Origin: Puccinia triticina
Lineage: Eukaryota
Length of the DNA: 64,000 nt
NCBI GenBank assembly: GCA_026914245.1
Contig: CP110439.1
Span: 8,246,001-8,310,000 of the forward strand
Reading direction: 5' to 3'
The notes under the pieces are model-generated. The model ran no database searches, had not been told where the DNA came from, and saw nothing but the letters and a program-made list of their open reading frames with translations. Every line of letters starts with the position of its first letter. Positions within the stretch are counted from its first letter, which is position 1. This document shows, piece after piece, positions 38,129 to 51,593 of this stretch. The translations under genes were made by a program, and so were the position numbers.

Positions 38129-38344
38129 CACCAGGTAAAATGTGATGACAGCTGGTGGCAGGTGACATTGAGTAAAACATGTTCAGACACCTGAGCTACT
38201 GTGGCAAGACTCCACTATCAAAACAATGGCCCCTTTTTGGTCATTGGGGAGTCCCACTCAGTGGGTTTTGGAGTATGATTGGAGACTGAACAAGAGTCTT
38301 CTTCACATCACATGCCCTCAGGTGACCTCAATTTTTCCCTGGTG
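38129..38344. mobile_element. Miniature CACTA-like element
   Basis: CACCAGG...CCTGGTG; TSD ATA. Confidence 0.75.
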
Positions 38345-39960
38345 ATACATACAAAAAAAAAAACTGAATAGACAGATTTAAGAACAGTACTGATGCGCAC
38401 CCTCACCCAACCTTTTGAGTGAAACACTCAAAAACTGATGGAAGGGATCTGTTTTGAAGGTCAAAGGAATCCTGCAGGATGTTTTATTGCTCTGAAGATC
38501 CATTTTTGGATTTTCTGCAAATCTGCAAGAGTGAATATCATATCTACAAGAAAATTTTACAATTGGGTGGCTACAGGTGCAAGATCTGCAGATATCTGTG
38601 GATTTCTGAATCCAAGATCCACAAGGCATGAGCGTTGTAGATCCTTGGTTTACATTTCTTCAACTTTTATTTTTATTTTTGAAATACTAGTACAAGGAAA
38701 ACAGTTGGGATTGATGAGATGAGACCAGCGCCGGATGAAAGCTGAGGTCCAGAAGTGTCATTTGGCTCTGGTGTAGGTCCGCAGGAGCTGAGGCTTAAGA
38801 TTTTCCCTCCAGCCATTTTCCATTTCTTTCCCAGCCAACATTTTGAATTACACGCAAGTCCCTCCCTGCGTGAGGGGCCGCTTTGCGGCCAGCCACAGCG
38901 AGCCTCCCATCAGGGGGGACTTGTGTCAAGTTAGTGTTGGCATGATCCCGGCATCTGAAGGGGTAGTCGGATGGCTCCTGGCGTCAAACTGAGCAGTTGG
39001 TTTGATGCCAACGTCAAGTGCAATGTGTACCCAATATTTTGGCTGTGTGGGTTGTACTGACCCTGACGGCAGCAATGGGAGCTGATCCCTGGCTTGGAAA
39101 GCAAAAAAAACCTTCCGCCTACGCGGGTCAAACTCGCTGCTGCCACCGCAGCATCAATGTATTCATTTTCATTCCATGGGCCGCACAAATACCACTGCAC
39201 CAAGAAAACTATAAAGCACAGGCCTGTACAATTGTATAGGATTGCACTGCAAGCCCTTACCAAGCAAAACCTTCCTGAAATTTGTGGTAAAGTTAAACCA
39301 GCTGGTTTATTTTTTCTTTATGTGTGTGATCTGCTGATACTCTTGCAGATCATTTTGGTCTAGGTCAAGGATCACTTTTTTCAGGTGATTTCTTGACCTT
39401 GCCAACGGAAAGGTTGGTCCAACTGAGCATGAACCAGTCAGATTGACCTCTCTGAGGGCCTTTTAAGACAGTTTTCTAATCAGACCGCGGACTGTCTGAC
39501 AGCCTTTGCAGCGAGCCAACACTCATGCCCCACCCTTTGGGACTGTTGGCTCAATCCATGCGCCGGGCCGACCCTGATTACCAGTGCATTGTCATGTTTG
39601 GACTGACCTTTCCGTCGGGAAAGGTGCTTTGGCATCAGTTTAACCCGGTTGGACAGGTCAGGCTGACCCTTTGGCATGTCCAACATTTTGTTTGGTTGGC
39701 CTGACCATAATTCGGCACGGGGGCAAAAACAATGTCGTCACCGCTCTACAACTGGAGCCATAGTGTATCCAACAGAAATCCTTGTGTGCAACAAGCTTTC
39801 CTCCGTGTGCAAAGTAAATCCATTAATAAATTGATAAATTGCACTGTTTGATCAGTATCAATTGCTGCTGTCCACTTTAACAAAATTCTAATTTGTTTTT
39901 TTCATAAAGGCCTTAAATTTAGCTCCAAATTTTAGTAAAATTCAATTGTGAACCCCCCTA

Positions 39961-40186
39961 CACTGCAAGGGAAAGTCAAGGAACTGCAAGTAGTTGACAT
40001 GTGAGAACTCCAACCAAGCTCGTGGTATTACACAAGCCTTTTTCAAGGCTTACTGTTGACCAAGCTTCAATGCACAGTGACTGTGCAGAAAAAACTTACA
40101 TGTGTTTGGGTGGAGCTAGAACAGCAGTTCCACAGCAGTAACCTGCATGTCAACTGCTAGCAGTTGCTTGAATTTTTCTTGCAGTG
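39961..40186. mobile_element. Miniature CACTG element
   Basis: CACTGCAAG...CTTGCAGTG; TSD CTA. Confidence 0.8.
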
Positions 40187-41969
40187 CTATTGGGTCAGTT
40201 TCAGGTCAGCTGACCTGAAAGATTCCCTAGCCTGACAGAATTTGTATTTTTCAGGGTAAATTGAAAAGTTTGGGCAACTTAACCTGACCAGCAATTGCAT
40301 TACTGGTACGGGCTAACCCTGGGTCAACAAACCTCAGTTTTGATTTCAGGCTAAGGTCAGCTGAATTTACCCAGCCTCAACCTGAAATCTAGCCTCAGGC
40401 TAGAGCGGTCTCTGGCTCATTTCAGGTCTTTTTGGACTGAAACCAACTGATTAAATGTGTTTGCCCACTTGAAGGCAACATCAGTCAGCTAACCTGCCCA
40501 CAAACTTTATTTGACCCCAAAATCTAGCAAATTGAATGTGAATGCTGTAAACACCCCTCCTCCTCTGGGGTTCACAAGGTGTCACCAATGGACACCTGCC
40601 CTGTCACAGCCTTGTAGCTAGCCCGTTCCCGTTCCTTGCTTGGATCAGCAGAGAACTGATACTCATTCTCTCTGAGCCAGGTAAGCTCTCTTCCTTTTGT
40701 CTTCTCTCTCTTTCTTTCTTCTTCTTCTCAGGAGAGAACTGATACTCATTCTCTCTGAGCCAGTGCAATTCAAAGCCCCCCTGTTTGGTACTAGAACTTC
40801 TCCTCTGCGCCTGTTCCGCCACTCATCCACCATCCGCTCCAGTGAAGGGACACAACCCTTAGAAATGCTCTGAGGCTTTATTTCAGGCTTAGGCTAGCTA
40901 AATTTAGTGATCCTAAATCTGAAATCAACCCTGAGGTTTATTGACCTAGGTTGATCTTGGAACAATGCAATTACCAGCCAGATTAAGTATTCAGAAGCCC
41001 TAGAAATCAGGTGAGATCAAGCAAAAAATAGTTTAGTGCCAATGTGGTGCACAATTCTGCACTCACGGCATCAAGATCAGTTACAGCACTTCAGCAAGGG
41101 CTCAAATTTTGGCTCAGCCCCCACCTCAGTATTAATAGTGTGCATGTTGGACATCAAGATGTTTCATGGTTTTCAGGATAAAGATGGTGGAATCTCAGAA
41201 ATTTAAGCTTACAGAGTCTTTCTCCGTGCCATTTTTTCATTTTCCTTTTGTCATTTTGTTCTGTTCTGTTTGGTAATTTCTTTTTTTTTCTCACACTAGA
41301 GGCCAAGGCGGCTCCGCCGCTGCAGGGCACCAATCCATCCTCCTTTCCTGCCAAAAAGCTCCCCAAGTCACCTCATTAGCCCTTCAATATTTGGGTCACC
41401 ATCCACTGATATTCCTCCCCCCCCCCCCCCCCCCCCACTGGCCTATCCCAGCAGAAATCAACAGAAATTCTTCCTGAAGCAGGGCAAGCAGGGACTGGGT
41501 GTGTCACAATTCAGGAGACTTGAATGCATTCATTTAAATCATGGTTCTTGAGATTTTCAAACTTGGCCTTACAGCAACAGAGGAAACAAGCAAGCATTTC
41601 ACCTCCCCAATTTGGAATGTTTGACCCCCTTTGCTATCCAAGCCGTCTTAATCACATCTCATGGAATAGCAGCCACATCAAAACACTCCTCATATGGTAG
41701 TTAGATTTTAAAAACTTACCTCACCCAGAATTTTATTCCATACTCGTTATTGGAATGCTGTCAATAAAAATGCTGCTTAATTTCTAATGGTATAATATTT
41801 GGAAGTTATCCAAGTTTAAAATAGTAGATCTTTCTACACAATAAACAGTGCAAAATTATAAAAAGCCAAGAAGAAATTCATGTATTTATGATCAGATGTA
41901 TCAATACCACAGAATTTGGAAACAAATTATGAACTCAGCGCTCATCTGTGCACAGCTCAGCCAGCTCAG

Positions 41970-42600
41970 GGTGCGACTACACATGTGAATGACCGGTCTG
42001 AGGGGCCTTGGTCTTCCATCCATCCCTTAGACCGGTCATCGCAGCGCTATACATGCGGATGACCGGCCTTCCACAGGCCGGTCATCACAGCACTACATGT
42101 GCGGATTACCGGCCTGAGGGATTGAGGGACGACTGAGGCGGATCATCCGCACGTGTAGTCTTGCAATAACCGGCCTGAGGAAGGCCGGTCATCCGCATGT
42201 ATAGCGCTGCGATGACCGGTCTTAGGGATGGATGGAAGACCGAGGCCCCTCAGACCGGTCATTCGCATGTGTAGTGCTGCAATGACTGGCCTGAGGGATG
42301 GCTGGAAGACCGATGCCGGTCATTGCTGGGTACACATTGTGCCAGTCATCGGGTCTCAGTCCACTCGATGACTGGCGTGTGCCGGTCATTGAGTGGGTTG
42401 TTTACCCTCTTGATGGCCGGTGTGTGCCGGCAGGTAGGGTTGTGTACCCACTCAATGACTGGCTTGTGCCAGTCATCGGGTCTCAGTCCACTCGATGAGC
42501 TGCGATGACCGGTCTTAGGGATGGATACCAAGGCCCCTCAGACCGGTCATTTGCATGTGTAGTGCTGCGATGACTGGCCTGACTCAGGCCAGTCATTGTG
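41970..42600. repeat. Palindromic/tandem GACCGGTCAT-rich repeat block
   Basis: 41975-42080 is inverted at 42180-42290; further direct copies to 42600. Confidence 0.8.
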
Positions 42601-43906
42601 CCCCGTGGCGACGACCGCTGGTGCATCGAGGATAGGGGCGCCACCGGGGCAGTTACAATAGGAGGAGGGTGGCGTGGCCGTGGTCTGGGTAAGCGGGCGG
42701 TGCGGTTAGATGGTGCCTGTGGGTAAATACATATATAAGGAAGGGGATTTGGGATTCATTGATCCGCAGGGGATTCGGCTTCGTCCGCCCCCTCCCTGGG
42801 AGCCCCCTAACTGCTTGGTTAGGCCCTCCCTGGCTAGTTTACCAACCGGCCCTCTTTTGCTTGTTGCTCTGGCACAGCTGGAGGGTCATCCATAGGGCCT
42901 TCGGGCCTTTGGGGATATTCAATGTGCCTAGTGAGAAGAATGGGGCATTTTTGCCCCATTTTGTGAGAAAAAAACACCCCAAAACTTAGATCTGCAGGTC
43001 TAGAATTCTGTGGATTTAAGAAAGTGGGATATGTAGTGCATCTGGCCGGTTGTGATAAAATTTCCCAAAATATGGCAACAGATTCTACCCAGTAAGCCTC
43101 CCGCCATGCACATGTACCATGATACTGTGAAAGTTTTGGGGCTACTGGGGCACAGGAAGCGGTATTACAGGTCCTTGCCGCGTTAAAATATGATTTTTTC
43201 ATGTCAATTTTCTCTAGGCTCAAGGAGACCCCTAAATGACTTGATTATTTTTTAGGGGGATCATAAAAAGTAACTCTATTGATTCATCAAAAAATATCTC
43301 AATAAATGCAAGCCGATTTTTTGGCGGAAAATGCAGTGCGCGAAGAGCCGTGGCGAAAGCGCGCACTGGGGGCGGGACGTCAAGACGACAACCCCCACAG
43401 TGCGCAAAGAGTTTCTCGCAGTGCGCAAAGTAAGTCTGAAAAAAAAAAACAGGCGGCACCAAGCTTGCCGGGGTGCCGCCAGCCAAAGGCGCCTTGCTCA
43501 GCAGGTGCCCCTGGTGCGCATCTTGCAAAAAAGGATGAACCTCTTGTTAAGTTTGAAAATGGGTCTGAGTATTTGTAAACATTCCAGGACATCCTGCAAC
43601 GGTTGAGGGACCAAATTTATGATTGTAATTTTTTTGGGGTTGTTTCTCCAATTTTTGACCTGGTTTTGGGAGTCATTCACCAAATTTTCCAATTGAATGC
43701 ATAAATATTAGTTGATAGCTTCTTCCTTGGTGCGCCAAAGGCCACCAGAATTTCACAGCTTTGAGAAATTCTCCATCCCACTTCTATTCAGTTTCTTAGG
43801 AGTAGTGCACCTCAGACACTGAATCTGAGAGTGAGGCAGCATTGAATTTGAGCCAGACTTCCCATATGTCTAAATACATCATGTGTTTTTTGTTGAGGCC
43901 CCAATT

Positions 43907-45157
43907 CACCAGGAAAATAAAGTAGTCAGTTGATGACAAGTGACATCACACCAGCTCCAGCCAGCTATCCACTATCTATCCACTATCTACCCCAATCTCT
44001 CAACCATCTCCTCAACTTCCAAAATTTACCAAGGAGCTGTTCAGTTTTTGATGAGCCCAACTGATCCTCAGTTCTGTCCAGCTGATAATCAGCTTTGGTA
44101 CCCAGCTCATAATCAGCTTTTTGGTCCAGCTCATATTCAGCTTTTTCATGCAGCTCACTCTCAGAATTGGAATAAAGCCTTTTGACCAGTCCTTGCCCAG
44201 GTGATGCTCAGCTTTGTACTAGTCCTGGCGCAGCTGATTCTCAGCTTTGTACCAGTCCTTTCTCAGCCTTTTCCTAGTCCTGTCCCAGCTGATGCTCAGC
44301 TTTGACCCAGTCCTGGGCCAGCTGGCCAGCTGATGCTCAGCTTGTTGAGTATCAGCTGAGCCAGGCCAGGGACAAAGATGGGAATCAGCTTGGACAGGAC
44401 CAGAGCTGAAAATCAGCTCAGCTAGGGCCAAAGCTGAGAATAAGCTGAGCCACGGCCAAGGCTGAGCATCAGCTGTGCCAGGGCCAAAGATGATCATCAG
44501 GTGGCCGGTGCCAAAGCTGAGAATCAGCTAGGCCAGGGCAAAAAACTGAGCATCAGCTGAGCATCACACTAACTGTAGTGTTAGCGTGGCGTAGCAGAAT
44601 TCTGCTAACTTTTAGCGTAGCATTAGCAGAATTGCACTGTCTCTGCGCTAACGCTACGCGCACAGGGCGCGCAGCTAATTTATATTTTAGCGTAGTGTTA
44701 GCGCAGATGCAACAAATTGTGCTTACACTACACACAAAGGGCGCCAAAGAGCGCGCGCTACGCCGCGCTACACACAGCACTTTAGGCCTCTTTTTCTGCT
44801 AAAAGGGCTGTAGCGCAGCGCAGCATAGCTTAGCGACTGTAGCGGCGCGGTAACACTAACAAAGAATTGGCGCGCTGTTAGCTCAGCGTAGCTAGCGGGC
44901 TAATGCTATTTGAAATTGGGGGGTGCTTTTTGCCGCTACGCTAACGCGTAGCGCTGAAATAGCATAGCGACCCACTGTTAGCCAGGGCCAAAGCTGAGCA
45001 TCATCTGGTTTTGTCATATTGAGTGCTTTGATCCTGACACCTGTCATGTGGGCCCTAGCTGTGCTGGTGGAGAGGAGCAGCATTGGAGCAGTGTTGGGGC
45101 TGAAAACAAAGCTGCATCATGTCACTTGCCATCAAGTGACTGCTTTTTTTCCTGGTG
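43907..45157. mobile_element. Second (inverted) copy of the CACTA-like 28-bp-array element; array largely replaced by a TAGCG-rich insert (~44565-44980)
   Basis: Reverse-complement similarity to 27707-28985; no matching TSD. Confidence 0.85.
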
Positions 45158-46222
45158 CAAATGGCACCAAATTTTCACAAAATTGATCAAGTTCTCAAAA
45201 AACCTGTCTTTCAAATCTTTAGTATCAGTAATTGTCAGGCATTGAAGTTGACAATGCGGTGCAATTGAGCCAAACTACCTACAGAAGAAAACCAGCACAC
45301 AGTTTTTGTTGATTCACCCAAATTATAACCCTAGTAGTTCTCCCATGGCATGCAGAATTGAGGGGCTAGAGTAGCACTGCTACCTTGGCTACATGGATCA
45401 GGTTGTTGGGAGTCGGACATTGGGACGTGCTGTGGAGGCGTTTGCGGAGTTCGCATCATTTCCTCATAGCCCACCATCCGACCTCCATGAATTACCAGTA
45501 TGTACATATATTTCCTGTAGCGGAGGGAAGTAATCAGGCCGAGGGCTCCTTGATTGTTTTTCCTTCAAAATGAGCCTATGTACGCGCATTCTGGAGTCCA
45601 AGCCAAGTTCCACCGAAGCCATCCAACTCGACAAATCGGCCGATGATGCATTTGCTTTTCAGCATTCAGGGGTGAAATCGCCAGGTGTGAGCGAGAGGAA
45701 TCCTCAACCGGGGTCCGGGGTTCGCTCTTGGCCGGAATTTTTAAATCCGTCCAAGTCTGTCGACAGTGCCTGTCCTCACACCTCATATAATAAAATCAAT
45801 GCTAATGTCCTTTGCCGCCTCGCCACGTTTGAAAGTATTCTTCCCCGGCTGGGATATGAACATTCTTTTTTCTTTTGCAACATACACATGAGTTATTAGG
45901 AACTCGTCTTTTCTTTTTTCCTTGTTCAACAGTCGTTAGCTCAAAGCCACACTTTTCATAGACACTGTCATTTTCCCGATTACAAGGAAGTTCCTTCACT
46001 ACACCCACTTGACACCCTATTAGATTTTCCTAGGAGAATACGTAGCTGCTTTTTTCTCTCCAGCCTCCCTCACTTATTTAGTACTTTGCGTCAAGTTGTC
46101 AACCTAACAAAGTTCACATTTTTTCATAAAATTCAACAACAAAAGGAATTTTACCCGGATATCACTTTTTCTCTCTATCCGTTACTCCAATACCAGCTAT
46201 CAACAATCTTTGAAAACGTACC

Positions 46223-48057
46223 ATGTCAAGTCAAAATATGAGACTTATCTTTTCTCTTGGCATTTTATTATTACTGGTCTTCACTTCAGCGACTGAAATT
46301 GGATTGACCGCCCAATACTTTCAACTAGATGGAAGTAATCAAAGGAGTATCAAATTAAGCTGGACAGCAGATGCCAACGTCCAAACCTTTTCAGTCATTC
46401 GCCAATCCGCCGGATCCAGTTCAGTGATTGCAGAAGTAAAGGGAAACGTCTTTGATGATCATGGGGTCCCGGGAGGGCAGCTTACTTATCAAGTACTCCT
46501 CGAAGGTGATCCTTCTAGGAGTTCCAGCCCAGTCACGATATCCAGCCAAGCCCCCATAGCTTCGAGGACATTTTCTATATTTGATAACACTCAGCCTTCA
46601 ACTCTCAACCTGATCTCCAAGATAAAACTGGGCAGCACTTATTTTTCCTATCTCATCCAGAGCGACAGCAATGCGATGTCCCAAATAATCGAACAAACAT
46701 CGACCGATGGCTACACGTTCTCCGGTCAAAGGGTTCTATTGACCCGCAAGGAAGTCTGTGCAGATAGTGCCGATGGATTTTGTAAACTCGAAGCGGTTAC
46801 CTTTGTGCAGAATCCACAAAATAGTGAGGTACTAATGTGGGCCCATTGGGAAAACAAGCAAGATTACGGACAGGCTCGGGTCGCAGTGGCATTTGGACAA
46901 CCTGGCGGCCAATGGAAATTTGGAGGCTCGTTCCGTCCTCTTGACCATGAATCTCGCGATCTCTCATTCTTTCAGGACAACGACGGTTCTGGATATCTGA
47001 TCTCATCGACGGCGATGAACACGGATATGAACATTTACAAACTTACGCCTGATTGGCACAATGTCGACAGTCTGGTGTCTACTGTCTTGAAAGGCGAGAG
47101 AAGAGAGGCGCCCTCATTAATCAATCATGAAAATGTTTACTATCTCTTCACCTCTAGAGCAGCCGGATGGTACCCCTCTGAAGGCCAGTATATTTCTGCC
47201 ACCGCTCTCGCGGGTCCATGGAGTAAGAGTAGGAACATTGGCAATCTCTCTGGCTTTGGCGCTCAATCGGGTCAGGTCCAAAAGATAGGCTCGTCATGGG
47301 TGATGTGTGCAAATCAGTGGAGTGCCCAATGGCTCGACCCAGAGCCTCCCAGCCGCCAAATCATCCTGCCAATCTCCATGTCGAATGGGTACGCCGATTA
47401 TCATTTTTATCGCCAACTGAGATACCTCGATGGTACAGCCGGCCAGGCGGGAGTTTATGGGGTCCAGAGCGGCAAGATCCTTTCAGTCGGTCGGGAATCT
47501 TCTGCCTCTGCAAGTGTTGCAGGTGTGTCACAGTTAGAATGATCTCTTAACATCAACACACATACTACTTGACTGGTTAACATCCTAATTATTATTTACT
47601 TTTTGCAGGTTTTGAAGAGGTCAAAGCTACCAATGGCGTCCACCTAGATCCCAACAACTTCTACCAATCTACAAAAGTCCCATTCTCTTACGTCGTTGAG
47701 TTAGGGATTGAGAGCTCTCTCAGTCAGTTTGATCTGACGACTAGACTAGTCGGTGGAAGTGAAACAGCCTATCAATTCACGATTTCCGGGCGAGCTAGTT
47801 CGACGAGTCCATTCGAAGTGATTGTCGACAAGAGCAAAAATACTAGGGTTGGATTTGTTTCCGGCACGCTACCTAGCTCGAAAAGATATTCCGCCGTCAG
47901 ATTAGACGTCAAGTCCGTATTGAATGTCCACAATAAGCAGCCCGCCAATTGGGCACAGGGTATCAACCAGTTCACCATCTACGGTCAGGATGGACCTTTC
48001 ATAGATCAGTCCGGCGGACGCACTCGAACTCTCAGCCGCCGCTTTCAAAGAAGATGA
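46223..48057 (+). CDS. Secreted GH43-like glycoside hydrolase (~582 aa); exons 46223-47522 and 47609-48057
   Basis: Signal peptide; FN3-like N-terminal segment; beta-propeller motifs VLMWAHWE, SRDLSFFQD, REAP, GWYP, GPW; C-terminal F5/8-CBM32-like module; GT-AG intron keeps frame. Confidence 0.88.
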
Positions 48058-48972
48058 ACGAATTGGCCGCATGGATAGCTAGTCTGTATGCCGAGGGGAA
48101 TGCAACGTTGTAAAAAATAATTACTACAATATAATGAGTCCTTTCGGGCTGATGTATCATAGGTTTCACGAAATTTCTTGTTTGTGCAAAGAGATGAAAC
48201 AATCATTAAATAAATATTCATCTGCGATGGCAAAAATAAAAAATAATCAGTAGAACATGTGTTTTAACTCCAAGTTTTTACATGAATCCAAGAGAAACAA
48301 AATGAGATGAGCCAGCCAATTTTTGAAGCAGGAGTTCTTTTTCAACCATGAGAGAGTGTACTGGTTGTATCAAGGACCACGTTTCATAGGCATAGGTTCG
48401 GCTTGATGACATGTATCCTGGCATATCCATTGTGATGAGTGAAGAAATTCAGAGCAGAGGGCAAACGGAACTCTAAGAGAAGAGGAAGAAAACTGATGTT
48501 TGTTATATCTTCAGAGACCTTTCATTTACCTGTGATCGACCTTCGAGGTCAGCTGACGCGGCCTTGAAGACACTTTTCATCCGAAATGTCTCTTTGCACA
48601 TTCTTCCATCACTTCGGCAGACCTGTGTTTTCGGAGAACCTTTCACCGGGTGTCTTCCGGGTCTGAATCTGGGTTCGCGGGTAACTTGTCCGTGATGACG
48701 TTGAGGGACGCGTCGTTCCTCCTCGCGGCGCTCAGCCTCAACCTCAAGGCAAACCTTCTGACATGATTCGCAGGTCTCTGCTTTCCGGCCTCAGGAGGGC
48801 CGGTTGCTTCTCCTTCGGAGGGTCCCTGCGCCGGGGACGGCGTCCCCTCCACACAGAGAGTAGTTAAGTTAGAACTCTTCTTGAAACACACAGGTTATCA
48901 TGCCCCCATAATAGGATCATCTCGGGGGTTTCAAACTCGGCGTGTTGCTCGGCCGAGATAGATACACATGTA

Positions 48973-51127
48973 CACGGCGGGGGTGCTTCCTGGCCCGCGC
49001 GTTTGTGGAGACGACGGGATCACCGGCTCTGTGAAATCCACGTGGATTTCACTGCTCCCCCCGTCGTCTCCACCCTCCCGTGGAAAATGCGTGGAGACTT
49101 TCCCGTCGTCTCCACCCGCCTGGGATTTCCACGTCATTCCGATGGGGAAAATGACGAGGATTCCACGGCTGCCCCTGGGATCCCGGTGAAAAATTGTCCC
49201 CGTGAGTTCCTCGTCGTTCTCAACAACGAGGAACCCACGGATGCCCTTGCATTGCCGGTGTTAGGGTTATTTTGGTGATATCGGCCGTGGCTTGTGTGCG
49301 TTTTGAGGACACGGCTCCCAAGGGAAGAGACTTCGGAGTTTTTAGCGTTTTGAAGTCTGATACCAAGACTTGAGTGGCGATCACAACGGCCTCCCTGGGG
49401 AATACACCTCGCTCTGCCTTTCACGCACACACCGCCGCCCCCGCTCAGCGACCTCCAGCCCATCATCCTCCCCTCCCCCGACACCCTCCAGCTCGCTCTG
49501 CTACCTCCAGGCCCTCCTCACCGCCCAGCCCCCAAAGACCAAAGCCGCCCAGTCCAAGATCGCCATCTCCCCCTCCCTCACCGACCGGACCACCGGCCTC
49601 GGATCCTTCTCCTCCCAGCCCACCGGGAACGCCTCCGACCACGACTACCGCATCTCCGACTCCGCCGCCGGCCTGCGCACCCAATACCTCATCACCAACC
49701 TCGCCCCCGCCACCAACTACTCCGCCTGGCTCTTCCAGCCCGGCCCGGTGGTCAACAACGTGCCCACCGGGAGACTGTGGCCGTACATCTCCTTCCGGAC
49801 CAAGTCCAGTCAGTCTCTGTTCCCTCTTACGCCCAAAACATCCACACTCATCTGATCTTCCGCACACAGCTAAGAACTGCAGCCTACTCCACGGCCTGCC
49901 CTTCTGTCCCTCGGTCGCCTACGCGGTCCCGGCCAGCCCGAGCCTGTCGACGAGCGCGGTGGTGGCCCAATACAACCGCAGCGTCAGCGGCCATCTGGCC
50001 AACTTCCGCACGGTGGTCTCCACCTACCCGTGCAACAACGACACCAGCGGCCGGTACTCCTTTGTCACGGGCTGCGGGGACTGTTTGCGGGCGTACACAG
50101 ACTGGGCCTGTGCGGTCGCCCTCCCGCGCTGCGTCGACCCTCCTGCCGCATCCCCAGAGGCCCCAGGGACCCCCACGCAGGTAGTGTTCGCCAGACCCGA
50201 CCCCGCCCATCGCTACGCGTCTGCCGAGCAGAACTGGCTCTCGAAGGTCTGCCTCCAACAGGCGCCCCAGCTCGTCGGCTGGGCGCGGATCAAAGACTAC
50301 GTCGACCACAAGATGGCTCGCATGGCTGAGCTCGACGCCGATTGGCCCGCGGCGCTTGTCCGCTACTGGAACGTGCTGCGGCGAAGGATCCTCTCGGGCG
50401 CTGGAGATGCGGACAATGATGAGCTCTATCTCACCAAATTCAGAGCGCTGTATCCAGTAAGACTCGTCTTCCTCCTACTGCAACCCTCCCCTTTGACGAA
50501 GAAGTGCAGGCGATGCTGCGTGGCAGAGCCCAGGAGGCCCCGGGTGATGAAGATGAAGATGGTGCCGCAGACGGCTTCTAATTATCTTATTTTCATGTTT
50601 TCTTTTTTTTCCTTTTTTTTCCTTTTTATGTTGTTTGTTTTCTTATCTTTCCTCGTCCAGTTCTCCTCCATGTCCCCCATGCAATGCAGTGCGTGGTACC
50701 CAGGCGGTACCACATTCTGCTGCAGATATAACCCGCGGATTTGATCCGCTCCGCGCAAGGCTAACTGAGCCACCGCACCCCCCAAAGGTGCATGCAACGG
50801 ACCGGTGAGCCACGTGGAGACCACCGCTCAAGGTGTCGCTGCCTCGTGGGCTCGACCAACCCGTCGTGATCACGGGTTTTCTTTGGTGGAATCGCCGTCG
50901 GTGGTGTGGTGGGGCCGGCGTGGACCCGACCATCCCGTCGGTGCCACGAGAAATCCACGGGGAATCCACGGAGAGCCAAAAGCCCACGTGGATTCCTCGC
51001 CGTGCCCAGTTGGTGGAGTCCCCGTGAACGTGTGGACCAACAGCCGCTGGTCCGACCTTGCGCGCGGCCACCACGTGGAGTCCTCGTGGAAACCGCGTGA
51101 TTTCCCCGTGGACGGACTCCCCGGGTG
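48973..51127 (+). mobile_element. Pack-type CAC-terminated (CACTA/CMC-like) element with captured gene fragments
   Basis: TA|CACGGCGGGG...CCCCGGGTG|TA; CCACG/CGTGG subterminal repeats; ends shared with 52839 and 54680-55705. Confidence 0.75.
49490..50200 (+). pseudogene. MID1: Captured fragment of Mid1 calcium-channel subunit gene with intron 49809-49869
   Basis: RTQYLITNL...TNYSAW...FRTKS|TKNCSLLHGLPFCPSVAYAVP...YPCN...RYSFVTGCGDCLRAYTDWACAVALPRCVD matches the Mid1 cysteine-rich pattern; lacks both protein ends. Confidence 0.85.
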
Positions 51128-51593
51128 TACCTACACGCCGGGGGTACTTCCTGGCAAGCAAGATTGTGGATACGACGCGTGACACCGGTTCCGTGAAAAC
51201 CGCGTGGAATTCACTGCGCCCCACGTCGCCATCACCACCCCGTCGAAAATGGGTGGTGACGATGTGATATCCAGTCGGCTCCACCCTCCTGGGATCTCCT
51301 CGTGATAGAATCACGGTGGAGCCGACAACTGCACCCTCCTGGGATCTCCTCGTGATAGAACCACGGTGGAGCCGACAACTGTGTAAAACAGCGCATCGTC
51401 GTGGTTCCCACAGATGGGGAATCCACGGCCGTTGCTTGGATGCCCCGGTGGAGCCCATGGGAACAATTCCATGGCGTTTGTGGGTTCCACGTCGAACCTT
51501 TCGAGCCGTGAGAGGCAAGACTTGTGTGTTTGTTCTCAAGTCCCTCTTAAGTCCCACAAGTTCAACAACCAGCAGCCCTCCCACTCAACAATC

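Noticed and set aside
36100..45900. Numerous short ORFs
   Set aside because: Overlap degenerate MITEs and palindromic repeats; no protein motifs
48400..48891. Possible minus-strand gene remnant
   Set aside because: No recognisable motif or confident exon chain
49374..49860. Proline-rich extensin-like N-terminus of the 456-aa ORF
   Set aside because: Shadow frame of the GC-rich MID1 exon; real frame is the 49370 ORF followed by an intron
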